A DNA stretch of 64,000 nucleotides, taken from positions 64,001-128,000 of the forward strand of contig JAXGNU010000005.1 in assembly GCA_040767805.1 (NCBI GenBank), read 5' to 3'. Positions 8,817-18,579 of the stretch are shown piece by piece. The position numbers and the translations under genes are program-made. Source of the DNA: Thermovirgaceae bacterium. GTDB taxonomy: Bacteria > Synergistota > Synergistia > Synergistales > Thermovirgaceae. The notes under the pieces are model-generated. The model did not search any database. It was given only the letters and a program-made list of their open reading frames with translations, and was not told the origin of the DNA. The stretch's first letter is position 1, and the number at the start of each line of letters is the position of its first letter.

Positions 8817-9827
8817 ATGAGCCGTGCCGGCCTTCACGTGATAAGCCATACCGATCTCGACGGCGTGACGTCGGCCCTCGTGGCGTGGACCTACGCCCGC
8901 CCCAGGATGAGCCCCGTCAGGGTTTCCCTGGTCGGCTACGGCGAGGTGGACCTCCTGGTGATGGATTCCCTCTCCAGGGGCGAGCCCTTCGTGGTGCTGG
9001 ACCTCTTCTGCCAGAGGCCCCAGACGGTGGAGGAGATCGACCGCGCCTTCGTCCAGGGTGATCCTCCCCTGTTCTTCGACCACCACCAGAGCACGCTGGA
9101 ACGGTACGGGAACAGGCCCTGGGTTCACGGTGACGTGAAAAGCTGCGCGGCCCTGGTCTATTACCGCTGGCTCATGGAGAAGGCCGCCGGGGAGGACCGC
9201 CGGCGGCTGGCTCGCCTGGAGGGGATCGTGGAGACCGCCAACGACCGCGACCTCTGGCTCAACCGGATCCCCGAGAGCAGGCTGTGGCAGGCCCTGGTCA
9301 CCCTCTGCGGCCCGTGGGCCGTCCTGGCCCGCCTGATCGAGGACCCTTCACCGGGGCTGGGGCCCGACGAGAAGGCCTTCACCGAGGCCTTCGTCCGGGA
9401 GCAGGAGGCGCGATTCGGCCTCGCCCTGGAGAAGGCGATGCGGTCCGGTGAGGACCTGCTCTTCGTCGGCCCTGGTTCACTCGAGTTCGGCGACGTCTCG
9501 GACTTCTGCGGCCTCGTCCTGGATCGGATGGCGTCGCCCCCGAGGCTGGTGGCGGTCCTCAGCCGGCGCCCCGCCGGCGACTGGAGCGTCTCCCTCAGGA
9601 GCAGGGAGGGCTTTGCGGGGAGGGTGACGGGGCTGCTCCGGGACGGCAAAAAGGTCCGGGGAGGCGGCCACGAGGACTCGGCGGGGCTTTACTTCCCGCC
9701 CCATTACAGGCCCGAGGAGATCCGCGATTCGCTCCTATCGGCGGTGAGATCCGCCCTGGAGTCCGACGCCCCCTCGGGGCTTACGCTGGGCGACCTGCTG
9801 AAACAGGCCATGAAGGAAAAGGAGTGA
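8817..9827 (+). CDS. DHH/DHHA1-family phosphoesterase
   Basis: HTDLDG, FFDHH, SVSLRS and GGGH motifs. Confidence 0.85.
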   Translation: MSRAGLHVISHTDLDGVTSALVAWTYARPRMSPVRVSLVGYGEVDLLVMDSLSRGEPFVVLDLFCQRPQTVEEIDRAFVQGDPPLFFDHHQSTLERYGNRPWVHGDVKSCAALVYYRWLMEKAAGEDRRRLARLEGIVETANDRDLWLNRIPESRLWQALVTLCGPWAVLARLIEDPSPGLGPDEKAFTEAFVREQEARFGLALEKAMRSGEDLLFVGPGSLEFGDVSDFCGLVLDRMASPPRLVAVLSRRPAGDWSVSLRSREGFAGRVTGLLRDGKKVRGGGHEDSAGLYFPPHYRPEEIRDSLLSAVRSALESDAPSGLTLGDLLKQAMKEKE

Positions 9828-9839
9828 AACCCGGGGAGG

Positions 9840-10961
9840 GTGAGGTCCTTGTCATTTCGAGCGGCCCTTCTTTACGCTTCCGTCGGGACCGGCCACAGGA
9901 GCGCGGCCCTGGCCCTGGAGAAGTGGTTCGGGCGGGAGGTGCCCCACTCGCGGGTCCTCTGCCTGGACACGCTCTCCTTCGCCCTACCCATAGTGAGGGG
10001 CGTCTACACCAGGTCCTACCTGGAGATGGTGAGGCACATGCCCCACCTCTGGGGTTACTTCTACGAGACCACCGACGACCTCCAGACGAGGGACGGCGTT
10101 CTAGCTACCCTGGGGGAACTGACGGAAAAACTGAACCTCCAGGGGCTCAAAAAGGCCCTCTCCTCCTTTTCACCCGACGTCATCATCTTCACCCACTTCT
10201 TCGGCGCCGCCGCCATAGCCGAGTCCTTCGCCCCGGGCGTTCCCATCTGCTACGTCAACACCGACTTCCTGAGCCACGTCTTCCACCGTAATCCCTCTTT
10301 CTCGGCCTGGTTCGTCTCCAGCGACGAGACCCTTCGCCAGTACCTGGCCGACGGCCTGCCCCCCGACAGGGTCTTCCCGACGGGTATCCCCGTGGACCCC
10401 GTCTACGCCGAGCCCCCGGGGAAGGAAGAGGCCCGCCGGCGCCTAGGCCTGGACGCCGATGACAGGGTCGCCCTGGTGATGGGAGGGGGGATAGGGGTGG
10501 GCCCCATCGAGGAAGTGGTGGCCTCCCTCGTGAGGGGCGGTTTCACCGCGGAGGTCATCTGCGGCATAAACGAGAAGGTCCGGGAGGCCATCCTGGAAAG
10601 GTTCACCGGCCGGCCGGGCCTGCGGGTCCACGGTTTCGTGGACGACATGCCCTACCGCTACGCTTCGGCGGACATCATTTTCATGAAACCCGGGGGTCTC
10701 TCCACCTCGGAAGCCCTCTGCGTGGGTACCCCCATAGTGATCACCGACCCCATACCGGGGCAGGAGCAGCGCAACAGCGACTTCCTGCTCGACCGGGGAG
10801 CCGCCAGGACCCTCTTCGACTACCGGCTGGCCGCCGAGAAGGCCGAGGCCCTTCTCTCCGCCGGTGGTGAGAGGGATCGCCTCCGGCGGGCGGCGGCCGA
10901 AATAGCCCGACCCCACGCGGGAAGGGATATCGTCGGGAAGGTCCTGGGACTCAAAGGTTAG
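9840..10961 (+). CDS. MGDG synthase / UgtP-like diacylglycerol glycosyltransferase (GT28)
   Basis: SVGTGHRSAA, TGIPV, MGGGIG, KPGGLSTSEAL, PIPGQEQRN. Confidence 0.9.
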   Translation: MRSLSFRAALLYASVGTGHRSAALALEKWFGREVPHSRVLCLDTLSFALPIVRGVYTRSYLEMVRHMPHLWGYFYETTDDLQTRDGVLATLGELTEKLNLQGLKKALSSFSPDVIIFTHFFGAAAIAESFAPGVPICYVNTDFLSHVFHRNPSFSAWFVSSDETLRQYLADGLPPDRVFPTGIPVDPVYAEPPGKEEARRRLGLDADDRVALVMGGGIGVGPIEEVVASLVRGGFTAEVICGINEKVREAILERFTGRPGLRVHGFVDDMPYRYASADIIFMKPGGLSTSEALCVGTPIVITDPIPGQEQRNSDFLLDRGAARTLFDYRLAAEKAEALLSAGGERDRLRRAAAEIARPHAGRDIVGKVLGLKG

Positions 10962-11127
10962 TAAAAGATAAGGTTTTCGTCCTCTTATTTTCCCTTCTCC
11001 TCTCCCGCCCGCAGGGATCCTCTCCCGCCACCACCGGCCGTCGGGGCGAACCCGGATCGGGCCTGAAGAGAAAGCTCCTTTTCGTGTATCATCGACCCAG
11101 GCAAGTCCTTACCAGGAGGTGTTGATC

Positions 11128-12105
11128 ATGAAGATCGATCCCGGTATTACCGACGTTCTGCTGGCAGCCCGCTTCCTCCAGGGGAGGGTCCGCCGCACTC
11201 CGACGGAGCGGTCCGAGCCCTTGAGCAGGATCACGGGGGGCGAGGTGTTCCTGAAATGGGAGAACCAGCAGCTCTGCGGCTCTTTCAAGATCCGGGGGGC
11301 GCTGAACAGGATGTACAGCCTCACCGCCGAGGAGAGGGCCCGGGGGGTTGTGACGGCCTCCAGCGGGAACCACGCCCAGGGCGTCGCCCTGGCCGCCAGG
11401 GCCCTATCGACCAGGGCGGTGATATGCGTGCCCGGCGTCTGCCCCGAGACGAAGAGGGAAGCCATCAGGAGGCTGGGCGGCGACAGGGTCGAACTCAGGG
11501 TCACGGGTCATTTCTACGACGACGCCGAAGAGACGGCCCACCGCCTACAGGAAGAGGAAGGCATGACTTATATATCATCCTACGCCGACCCCTTCATCAT
11601 CAGCGGTGCCGGGACCCTGGGGCTGGAGATGGTCATGGACGAGCCGGAACTGGACATGGTCATCGTGCCGGCCGGCGGCGGCGGGCTGATAAACGGCGTA
11701 GCCATAGCGGTGAAGGCTCTAAGCCCCGAAACCCAGGTATGGGGCGTCCAATCGGTGGCGTCCAACCCCTTCGTGGTCTCCTGGCCGGGCGGCAAGGTGC
11801 TCGAGGTGGAATACCAGGACTCCCTGGCCGACGGCCTCACGGGACTGATACCCCAGAGCCTCCTGGACCTGGCGAAAAAAAGGGTGGCGGGCTTCGTGGA
11901 TGTCGAGGAGGTGGACATCGCGAAGGCCATAGCCTTCCTTCATTCCAGCCATCACCAGGTGGTCGAGGGTTCCGGGGCCGTGGGCGTGGCGGCCATGGCC
12001 AGTGGCAGGATCGCCGTGAAGGGTTTGCGGGTGGGCGTGGTCATCTCAGGCGGGAATATCGACCACCACCGCCTCATGGAGATCCTGCAAGAATATTCCC
12101 ATTGA
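11128..12105 (+). CDS. PLP-dependent threonine/serine dehydratase (no regulatory domain)
   Basis: KWENQQLCGSFKIRG, TASSGNHAQG, PAGGGGL, ISGGNID; AGGAGG RBS before ATG 11128. Confidence 0.9.
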   Translation: MKIDPGITDVLLAARFLQGRVRRTPTERSEPLSRITGGEVFLKWENQQLCGSFKIRGALNRMYSLTAEERARGVVTASSGNHAQGVALAARALSTRAVICVPGVCPETKREAIRRLGGDRVELRVTGHFYDDAEETAHRLQEEEGMTYISSYADPFIISGAGTLGLEMVMDEPELDMVIVPAGGGGLINGVAIAVKALSPETQVWGVQSVASNPFVVSWPGGKVLEVEYQDSLADGLTGLIPQSLLDLAKKRVAGFVDVEEVDIAKAIAFLHSSHHQVVEGSGAVGVAAMASGRIAVKGLRVGVVISGGNIDHHRLMEILQEYSH

Positions 12106-12114
12106 AGGGACCGT

Positions 12115-12130
12115 TGTTTCACGTGAAACA
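12115..12130. other. parS centromere site 1
   Basis: Perfect consensus TGTTTCACGTGAAACA. Confidence 0.97.
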
Positions 12131-12158
12131 TGGGCGGCCCGGGCCGCCCATGTTTTTT
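12126..12158 (+). terminator. Intrinsic terminator overlapping parS1
   Basis: Palindrome AAACATGGGCGGCCC|GGGCCGCCCATGTTT followed by a T run, between convergent genes. Confidence 0.75.
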
Positions 12159-15100
12159 AATCGCCGGCGCTCTCCCCCGTCGGGATGCTGATGGTCACCT
12201 TGTGTCCCCTGTCGTCCTGCAAAGTCTGGCCCGTGCCGTTGGGGTCCTGTGGGGGTCTGGAGGCATCCCGGGGCGGAGCCACCCTGAAGTTGGTGAAGAG
12301 GGGGTTGGACCAAGTACCTTCCACCCGGAAGCTGGTGTCCCGAAAGTCCTGCTTCCCCATGCCCCCAACGACCCCCCCGATGAGGCCTTCCAGGATCGCC
12401 CCGGGGGAGGCCGTCCCCGCCACGGCCAGCCCCTGGATGGCGCCGAGCAGGGTATTCAGGGCCTGCACGTTGACGAGCCCCGAACAGTAGAGGTTGAGGT
12501 TGCCGCCGGGGCCGGCCGCCCCGTCGACGGTGAGGTAGCGGTAAAGGGCGTCGTCGCCCCGGGCGGTGGCCCGGCTTCCGGGGAGGAGAGTCACCACGTT
12601 GCCGTCCACCTTGAAGTTGGCGTCGATCCTCCCGTAGCGAAGGGAGGACACGCCGTAGGTCGAGGAAATGGCCTTGAGGGCCTTGAAACCCGACACCTCC
12701 CCCTCGGTGGCGGTGAAGTTTCCGCCGCCCGTCACGAGGAGGTGCTTCCCGAGGGCTCCCGAAAGGGCAAGGTCAAGGTCGCCCCTCCCGGTGATCCTTC
12801 CGTCGATGTCCGTGAGGGCTTTGACGGCCCTGTCTATGTCGGCGCCCCGGAGGGAGGCCCTGATGTTCCAGCGGCCCGTGCCCGTTTCGAGACCGCCGCC
12901 GCCCTCGAGGCGCCCCTCGAAGAGCCGCGCCGAAACGTTCTCGGCCCTTACGCCCCCTTCCCCGAGCACCAGGGGAAGGGTGACCCCATCGAAGTCTAGG
13001 CCGAAGGCCCTCATCCTTTCGGAACGGAGTTCTCCCCTGCCGGCCCAGGCTCCATCCTTCAGGGAACCCGAGAGGGTCACGTCCGCCGTGCCCGACAAGG
13101 CCGGCGAACCGTTACGCTTGAGTTCTTTCGTTACCTGGGCGAGATCGAGGTCGGAACCTTCCAGGCTGAAATCCAGTTCTACGCCGCCCGGCAGGAGGTC
13201 CACCGTCCCCGTCGCCGTAAGGGCGCCCCGGCCGGCGTAACCCTTCAGCTCCTCCAGGGCCATGTGGGTACCGTCGCCCCGGGCGGTGAAGACGAGGTCC
13301 GTCAGGTGGAGTCCGCCGAGGAAGATGGAGGGTGAGCGCCCCGTGAGGGTGATCGTGGGGCCGGGCAGGGCGCCCTTGATGGAGAAGTCCGTCTCCAGGG
13401 GCCCGTGAATGTCGAAGGGAGCCTTGTCGCCCAGGATGGATAAATCCACCCCGGTGGCGGTGCCCCTGAGGTCAACGCTGCCGGCCCCGCTGCGCCCGGG
13501 CAGTTTCGCCGACCCGGTGAGGGAGAAGGAGGCGCCGAGGGTCTCGCCCTGGGCGTTCTCGATGTTCATGACCCCTGAAGTGACGGTGAAAGCCGTCCTC
13601 AATCCTGTGAGTGTCCCCGAGGGGAGTTCAAGGCTTTCGGCGGCCAGGTCGAGCCTCATGTCGGGGGTGTCCCCCGACGATGGAAGGTAGACCTTGGTGA
13701 GGATCTTCATCCCCGAAAGGCACGCCCTTTCGGGGACGGTCACCCTGGGGGAGCGTATTTCCAGGGCGAGGACGGGCCTCTCGAGGGGGCCCTTGAGAGA
13801 CCAGGCCGTCGTAGCGGTGCCCTCAAGGCCCAACTCCTTCAGCGCCGGGACAAAGGCGGCAAGGCTGGAAACGGGCCCTTCCGTGGCGTTCCCCCTGAGA
13901 TCGAAAGCCCCGGCGCCGCCCTTCAGGCCCGTGACCTGCCCCGATCCGGCGACGGCCGAACCCCTCCACCGGGCTGCCAGGGAGCTGAAGGTCAAAGTCC
14001 CGTCGGAGTAGGCGAAGGCGACCTTCGGTTTTTCGAGGATCTCCCCCGATGCTTCGACTCGCTCGGAACGGATGGTCCCCTCGGCTTTAAGGGCGTCGGG
14101 AGCGCCGAAGAGGCGGACCTTGGCGGCGGCCCTGCCCGAAAGGGTCAGTTTCAGGTAGGGCAGGGCTTCCGCGGTGCGTTTTAGGTCTAGACCGCTTCCA
14201 GAGAGGGTGAGGTCCAGGGCCGGCCCGGCGCCGAAGGCGACGGTTCCCTCCCCCTTCACGACGGAGCCTAGCCATTCCGCCCCCAGGTCCAGCTCCAGGG
14301 TCGAACTATCCTTGAGTTCCAAGGCGCCTTCGATCCCTGAGAGGGGCTGTCCCGCCAGTTTTAGTTCCGAGGTCTTGAGGGTGATCATCCCCGACAGGGA
14401 GTTCGAGGGACCGACGAGGTTAACGTCGAGGGAGTCGATGACACCCTCGGCCAGGGGGTGGAGCCAGGGGAAGGTTTTCGCCCACGACTTAACCTCGGCT
14501 CCGCGGGCCGTGATGTCGATGGCCGTGACGGGCGGCAGGGCGCTGAAGGAAAATCGCAGCGTCCCCGATAGGGCTGTTCCGTTGGCCGCGCCCCTGACTT
14601 CCCTCATTTCCAGGGTGTCGCCGCTGTAGGACCAGGAGGAGGAAAGGTCCTCCACGTCGATGCCGTAGACCTCGCCTCGGGTGGCGACCAGGCGGCCTTC
14701 CATGGCGACCCCTGGCCAAGGGCCCCTGGCCGTGAAAGATGTAGAGAACTTCCCGGAATAACCCTGCCCTGCCAGTTCGGGCCAGAATCCCTCCAGCACC
14801 CCTACGTCCAGATCGGAGACCTCACCCGCCAGGTCCATCACGGGGAGGACCCGCCCTGAAGCGGTCAGACCGCCCTGGGCGGTCTTGACGAAGAGACGGC
14901 GAAGGAAGAGCTCCTCCCCGGCCGGTTCGAGTTCCGCCCTTATCGAAAAAGGTGTCTCCCTGTAAAGGAGGGACCCCGACGCGTCGATCGTCCCATCACC
15001 GAGGGAAACCTTACCTTCCTCTATCTTGAGGTCGCCCTTGGGTGTCCGCAGGATGCATTTTTGGACCAGCAGCGTGTCGAAGGGAAGCGCCATCGGCCCC

Positions 15101-15477
15101 GGCGCCCCATCCTTGGGAGGCCGGAGGTGAAGGTCGCCCGGGTCAAACAGGGCTCCGCCGAGGGAGATGGACCTGATCCTCGGCGATCCCTTGAGCAGCG
15201 AGAGGGGTTCAAAGGCTACGGCCACCTCGGGTGCGGAAAAGAACACCCGGCCGCCGCGCCTGAGGGCGACGTTTTTCATCTTGAAGCCCTTGATGGGGTT
15301 ACCCGACAGCGACGAAAGGGATAGTTCGGCATCCAGTTGCCGCCTGGCGGCCTTCCCAAGTTCGGAGACGGCGAAACCGGCCCCTATGTCGCCCCTCGAG
15401 ATCAGGACGAGGACCCCTGCGGCGGCCAGGGAGAGCAGGATGAACAGGACCAGCAGAGCCTTCCAGCATTTTGCCAA
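12157..15477 (-). CDS. AsmA/TamB-like large beta-rich periplasmic bridge protein
   Basis: About 1100 aa; single N-terminal TM helix followed by Gly/Leu/Ser-rich repeated beta motifs; TTG start after GGAGG. Confidence 0.8.
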   Translation of the reverse strand: MAKCWKALLVLFILLSLAAAGVLVLISRGDIGAGFAVSELGKAARRQLDAELSLSSLSGNPIKGFKMKNVALRRGGRVFFSAPEVAVAFEPLSLLKGSPRIRSISLGGALFDPGDLHLRPPKDGAPGPMALPFDTLLVQKCILRTPKGDLKIEEGKVSLGDGTIDASGSLLYRETPFSIRAELEPAGEELFLRRLFVKTAQGGLTASGRVLPVMDLAGEVSDLDVGVLEGFWPELAGQGYSGKFSTSFTARGPWPGVAMEGRLVATRGEVYGIDVEDLSSSWSYSGDTLEMREVRGAANGTALSGTLRFSFSALPPVTAIDITARGAEVKSWAKTFPWLHPLAEGVIDSLDVNLVGPSNSLSGMITLKTSELKLAGQPLSGIEGALELKDSSTLELDLGAEWLGSVVKGEGTVAFGAGPALDLTLSGSGLDLKRTAEALPYLKLTLSGRAAAKVRLFGAPDALKAEGTIRSERVEASGEILEKPKVAFAYSDGTLTFSSLAARWRGSAVAGSGQVTGLKGGAGAFDLRGNATEGPVSSLAAFVPALKELGLEGTATTAWSLKGPLERPVLALEIRSPRVTVPERACLSGMKILTKVYLPSSGDTPDMRLDLAAESLELPSGTLTGLRTAFTVTSGVMNIENAQGETLGASFSLTGSAKLPGRSGAGSVDLRGTATGVDLSILGDKAPFDIHGPLETDFSIKGALPGPTITLTGRSPSIFLGGLHLTDLVFTARGDGTHMALEELKGYAGRGALTATGTVDLLPGGVELDFSLEGSDLDLAQVTKELKRNGSPALSGTADVTLSGSLKDGAWAGRGELRSERMRAFGLDFDGVTLPLVLGEGGVRAENVSARLFEGRLEGGGGLETGTGRWNIRASLRGADIDRAVKALTDIDGRITGRGDLDLALSGALGKHLLVTGGGNFTATEGEVSGFKALKAISSTYGVSSLRYGRIDANFKVDGNVVTLLPGSRATARGDDALYRYLTVDGAAGPGGNLNLYCSGLVNVQALNTLLGAIQGLAVAGTASPGAILEGLIGGVVGGMGKQDFRDTSFRVEGTWSNPLFTNFRVAPPRDASRPPQDPNGTGQTLQDDRGHKVTISIPTGESAGD

Positions 15478-15664
15478 AGGGTGAACCTCCCGGAGATCGA
15501 TCACAGGAGACCTCATAATAAAGGCGGGCCGGGAAAGAATCAATCGGGGTAAATACCTAGAGACCCGCAAGGGCGGAAAGATTTTCTAAATACCCGTTAA
15601 GAACGGATGCCGGAAACCCGGGGGAGTCAAGGTTGCATGCACAAGGCGGCCTCGGGGGGTATTC

Positions 15665-15738
15665 TCTGTGGAGTACTGTCGATTAATGTCAAAATGACCG
15701 GAAAGGGGATGTGGAGATGTGGAAAAACTTGTGGATAA
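15665..15738. promoter_or_regulatory. Satellite DnaA-box cluster
   Basis: Co-oriented TGTGGAGTA 15667-15675, TGTGGAGAT 15710-15718, TGTGGAAAA 15718-15726 and perfect TGTGGATAA 15730-15738. Confidence 0.8.
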
Positions 15739-15745
15739 GACCGGG

Positions 15746-16522
15746 TCATCGGGATGACAATACCTGGGACGGATCGGTCAGCAGGATCTCGGGTCCTCCG
15801 AAGCCGGGCGTGACCTTTCCCACGACGGTGAGGGTTTTCCCGACTGACTCCTCGAAGGGGCCGAATTGACCGGCATCGCTCTTGTGGACGATGAGGGAGG
15901 CGTTGCCCTTATCGGAGCGTAGGGTGATGCGGGTCTCCGATGAGACCACCTCCTGGACCTTGAAACGGACAGTGATGAAGTGCCCGGCCACCGTGGGCAG
16001 TTCAGCCCAGACCTGGGCCGGCGTGAACACTCTCCCCCGGGCCCTGGACCAGAGGCCCTTCCCCGAAGCCCGTGCACGGCCGAAGGCCTCCCTGAAAAGT
16101 TCCGTGTGCCGCAGATTCGGGGGAAAGCTGTAGGGGAGGGCGAAGCCCTCGGCCACCATCAGTTCGTTGATCATGGCGCCCTTTCCCTCGTCGGCGAGCC
16201 ACAGGTAGGCCAGGGTCCTCCCGTAGCGGTCCCTCCTCTGCAGGTCAAACTCAAGGAGGACCCTCTTCCCCAGCACCAGCGACTCGTTGAACCGGGAGGC
16301 CTCCCGCCCCAGTTCTTCCACCCTCCTGCGAGGGTGGTGGGTCTCAGGGGAGTCGATGCCGATATAACGCACCTGCTCGACGGTCCCATCGTCGGTGGCG
16401 ACGGTCACCGTATCACCGTCGGCGACCCTCACGACCCGGCCCGGGAGGGCCGCCCCGGGCCAGGCCTGAAGGGGCGTGAGAAGGAGCAGGAGGCAGGCGG
16501 CCAGGGCCGCGAAGCCCTTCAT
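15746..16522 (-). CDS. Secreted thermonuclease (SNase) with C-terminal OB-fold-like domain
   Basis: Signal peptide; VVRVADGDT, VRYIGIDSPE, DRYGRTLAY, KGLW. Confidence 0.9.
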   Translation of the reverse strand: MKGFAALAACLLLLLTPLQAWPGAALPGRVVRVADGDTVTVATDDGTVEQVRYIGIDSPETHHPRRRVEELGREASRFNESLVLGKRVLLEFDLQRRDRYGRTLAYLWLADEGKGAMINELMVAEGFALPYSFPPNLRHTELFREAFGRARASGKGLWSRARGRVFTPAQVWAELPTVAGHFITVRFKVQEVVSSETRITLRSDKGNASLIVHKSDAGQFGPFEESVGKTLTVVGKVTPGFGGPEILLTDPSQVLSSR

Positions 16523-16944
16523 TTTTTCCCGGGGAAGAATCTCATGGGCTCTCCCTCTACGACGAGCTTCCTTTCGAAGGCAAGTCCCTTGGGCACCAGG
16601 AACACCATCTCGCAGGTGAAGTTGACCGTCGCGCTGAAGAGATGGCCTCCGACGACGGAATGATCCTTGCCCGCCAGTGAGGCATGGGCGTGGATAAAGG
16701 GCTTTCCGTCCTGCTGGCGGTTCACCGTCCCCGAAAGGGAGAGGATCTCGCAGGGTTCGTGGAATCGTTTCTTCTCGTAACCTTCGGGGCCCAGCCAGCC
16801 TATTTCAAAGTCGCGGAGCATGCCGACGGCGGAGATGATCACCGCCGATGTTGTATCACCCAGGGTCTCGAGGAGGCGGGGCATGAGGTCCTCGCCGTCG
16901 TCGAAACGCAGGGCCACCATGTTCTCGTCCCGTTCAACGATCAA
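16519..16944 (-). CDS. PPC-domain (DUF296) protein
   Basis: LRFDDGEDL, EILSLSG, HAHASL...VGGHL. Confidence 0.9.
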   Translation of the reverse strand: MIVERDENMVALRFDDGEDLMPRLLETLGDTTSAVIISAVGMLRDFEIGWLGPEGYEKKRFHEPCEILSLSGTVNRQQDGKPFIHAHASLAGKDHSVVGGHLFSATVNFTCEMVFLVPKGLAFERKLVVEGEPMRFFPGKK

Positions 16945-17101
16945 ACTTTACCCTCCCTTCCGTGATCTATCCAGGGTCCCTTGCCCCTTTAACACCAGTC
17001 TATCACCGAAAAGCACCATCCACACGCCGGGTTTTTCGGGTAAGATAGCAATGCGGGAGGGAACTTGGAAGGGGTCGGCCTCCCCGGAAGGATGGATAAG
17101 C

Positions 17102-17803
17102 TTGCCTGAAACCTTTCCCGAATACAGGCTGCAGCCGGAGGATTATCTCGTCGAACTCCAGAAGAACAGGGAAAGGATAGAGTATTACGCCTTCCTCCTG
17201 GCTTCATTCAACGAGAGGGCGAGGCTCACCGGTCCCACGGAGCCACCGGAGATAATGGAACATATCAGGGATTGCGCCGTATCCCTCGTCTTCGCCCCCG
17301 ACATCGGCGCCGTCGTGGATATCGGGACCGGGGGGGGCCTTCCGGGGATTGTCTGGGCCCTGTGCAGGCCGAAACTGAAGATCACACTGGTCGAGAGCGT
17401 CGAGAAAAAGTGCGGTATCCTCGAGGAGATGGCCCGGATGCTCCGGCTGCCCAACGTGGAGGTGGCCTGCGCCCGGTCGGAGGCTCTCTCCCTGGAGCGG
17501 CGGGAGAACTATCGCATCGCCCTTTCAAGGGGTGTGGGCCACCTCGGGGTCGTCGCCGAATACGCCTCCCCCCTCCTCGGTGTGGGCGGTTTCGCCTACT
17601 TTTTCAAGGGGCCCAAGGCCGCCGAGGAGTTGCGGGATGTGGGGGACCGGTGGGTGACCCTGGGTTTTGACGACCCCGTGATCTATCCTTACGATCTGGA
17701 TGGGAAGAGCCTTTGCCTGGTGGGGCTCGAAAAGACCGCCCCCTGCCCGGTCAAGTACCCGAGGCGCCCCGGCAAGGCCGGCAAAAGTCCCTGGTGGAGG
17801 TGA
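17102..17803 (+). CDS. rsmG: 16S rRNA m7G527 methyltransferase RsmG (GidB); start uncertain (17051 or 17102)
   Basis: HIRD, DIGTGGGLPG, VESVEKK, YPRRPG; upstream of parA. Confidence 0.93.
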   Translation: MPETFPEYRLQPEDYLVELQKNRERIEYYAFLLASFNERARLTGPTEPPEIMEHIRDCAVSLVFAPDIGAVVDIGTGGGLPGIVWALCRPKLKITLVESVEKKCGILEEMARMLRLPNVEVACARSEALSLERRENYRIALSRGVGHLGVVAEYASPLLGVGGFAYFFKGPKAAEELRDVGDRWVTLGFDDPVIYPYDLDGKSLCLVGLEKTAPCPVKYPRRPGKAGKSPWWR

Positions 17804-17808
17804 GGCTT

Positions 17809-18579
17809 TTGAAGACCGTCGCCGTCGCGAACCAGAAGGGGGGTGTGGGCAAGACCACCTGCTGTGTGAACCTGGCCGCCGAACTCGGCAGGCAGGGCAA
17901 GAAGGTGCTCGTGCTCGATATCGACCCCCAGGGCAACAGTACCAGCGGCCTTGGTGTGGATGTCTCCAACGTCAATAACAGCATGTATCACGTGATCCTC
18001 GACGAGGTGTCCCCCACCAGCGCGATCATCCCGTCGGCCTGGGAGGGGGTCTGGGTACTTCCGGCCACCCTCGACCTGGCCGGCTCCGAGGTGGAACTGG
18101 CCGGGGTGATGAGTCGCGAGACGAGGCTGGCGAGACATATGGACGCTATGAAGGACTTCGACATCGGCTTCATCGACTGCCCCCCTTCGCTGGGACTCCT
18201 CACCGTCAACGCCCTCGTCGCCGCCGACAGCCTCATGGTCCCGATCCAGTGCGAATATTACGCCCTGGAGGGCGTGGGTCAGCTCATGAGGACCATTTCG
18301 CTGGTTCAGCGTTACCTCAACGAGAATCTCAACCTCGACGGCGTAGTCCTCACCATGTACGACGTCAGGACCAACCTCTCCAAGGAGGTGGCCGACGAGG
18401 TCAGGAACCAGTTCCGCGAGGCCGTCTTCGATACCCTCATACCGAGGAACGTCAGGCTTTCCGAGGCCCCCAGCCACGGCAAGCCCATCTGCTACTACGA
18501 CCCGGATAGCGCCGGCGCGGGCGCCTTCCGGAACCTTGCCCGGGAGGTGCAGCAGCGATGGCTCGCCCAAGAGCGCTAG
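17809..18579 (+). CDS. parA: Chromosome partitioning ATPase ParA/Soj
   Basis: ANQKGGVGKTT, DPQGN, IDCPPSLG, QCEYYALEG, RLSEAPSHG; GGAGGTG RBS. Confidence 0.97.
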   Translation: MKTVAVANQKGGVGKTTCCVNLAAELGRQGKKVLVLDIDPQGNSTSGLGVDVSNVNNSMYHVILDEVSPTSAIIPSAWEGVWVLPATLDLAGSEVELAGVMSRETRLARHMDAMKDFDIGFIDCPPSLGLLTVNALVAADSLMVPIQCEYYALEGVGQLMRTISLVQRYLNENLNLDGVVLTMYDVRTNLSKEVADEVRNQFREAVFDTLIPRNVRLSEAPSHGKPICYYDPDSAGAGAFRNLAREVQQRWLAQER

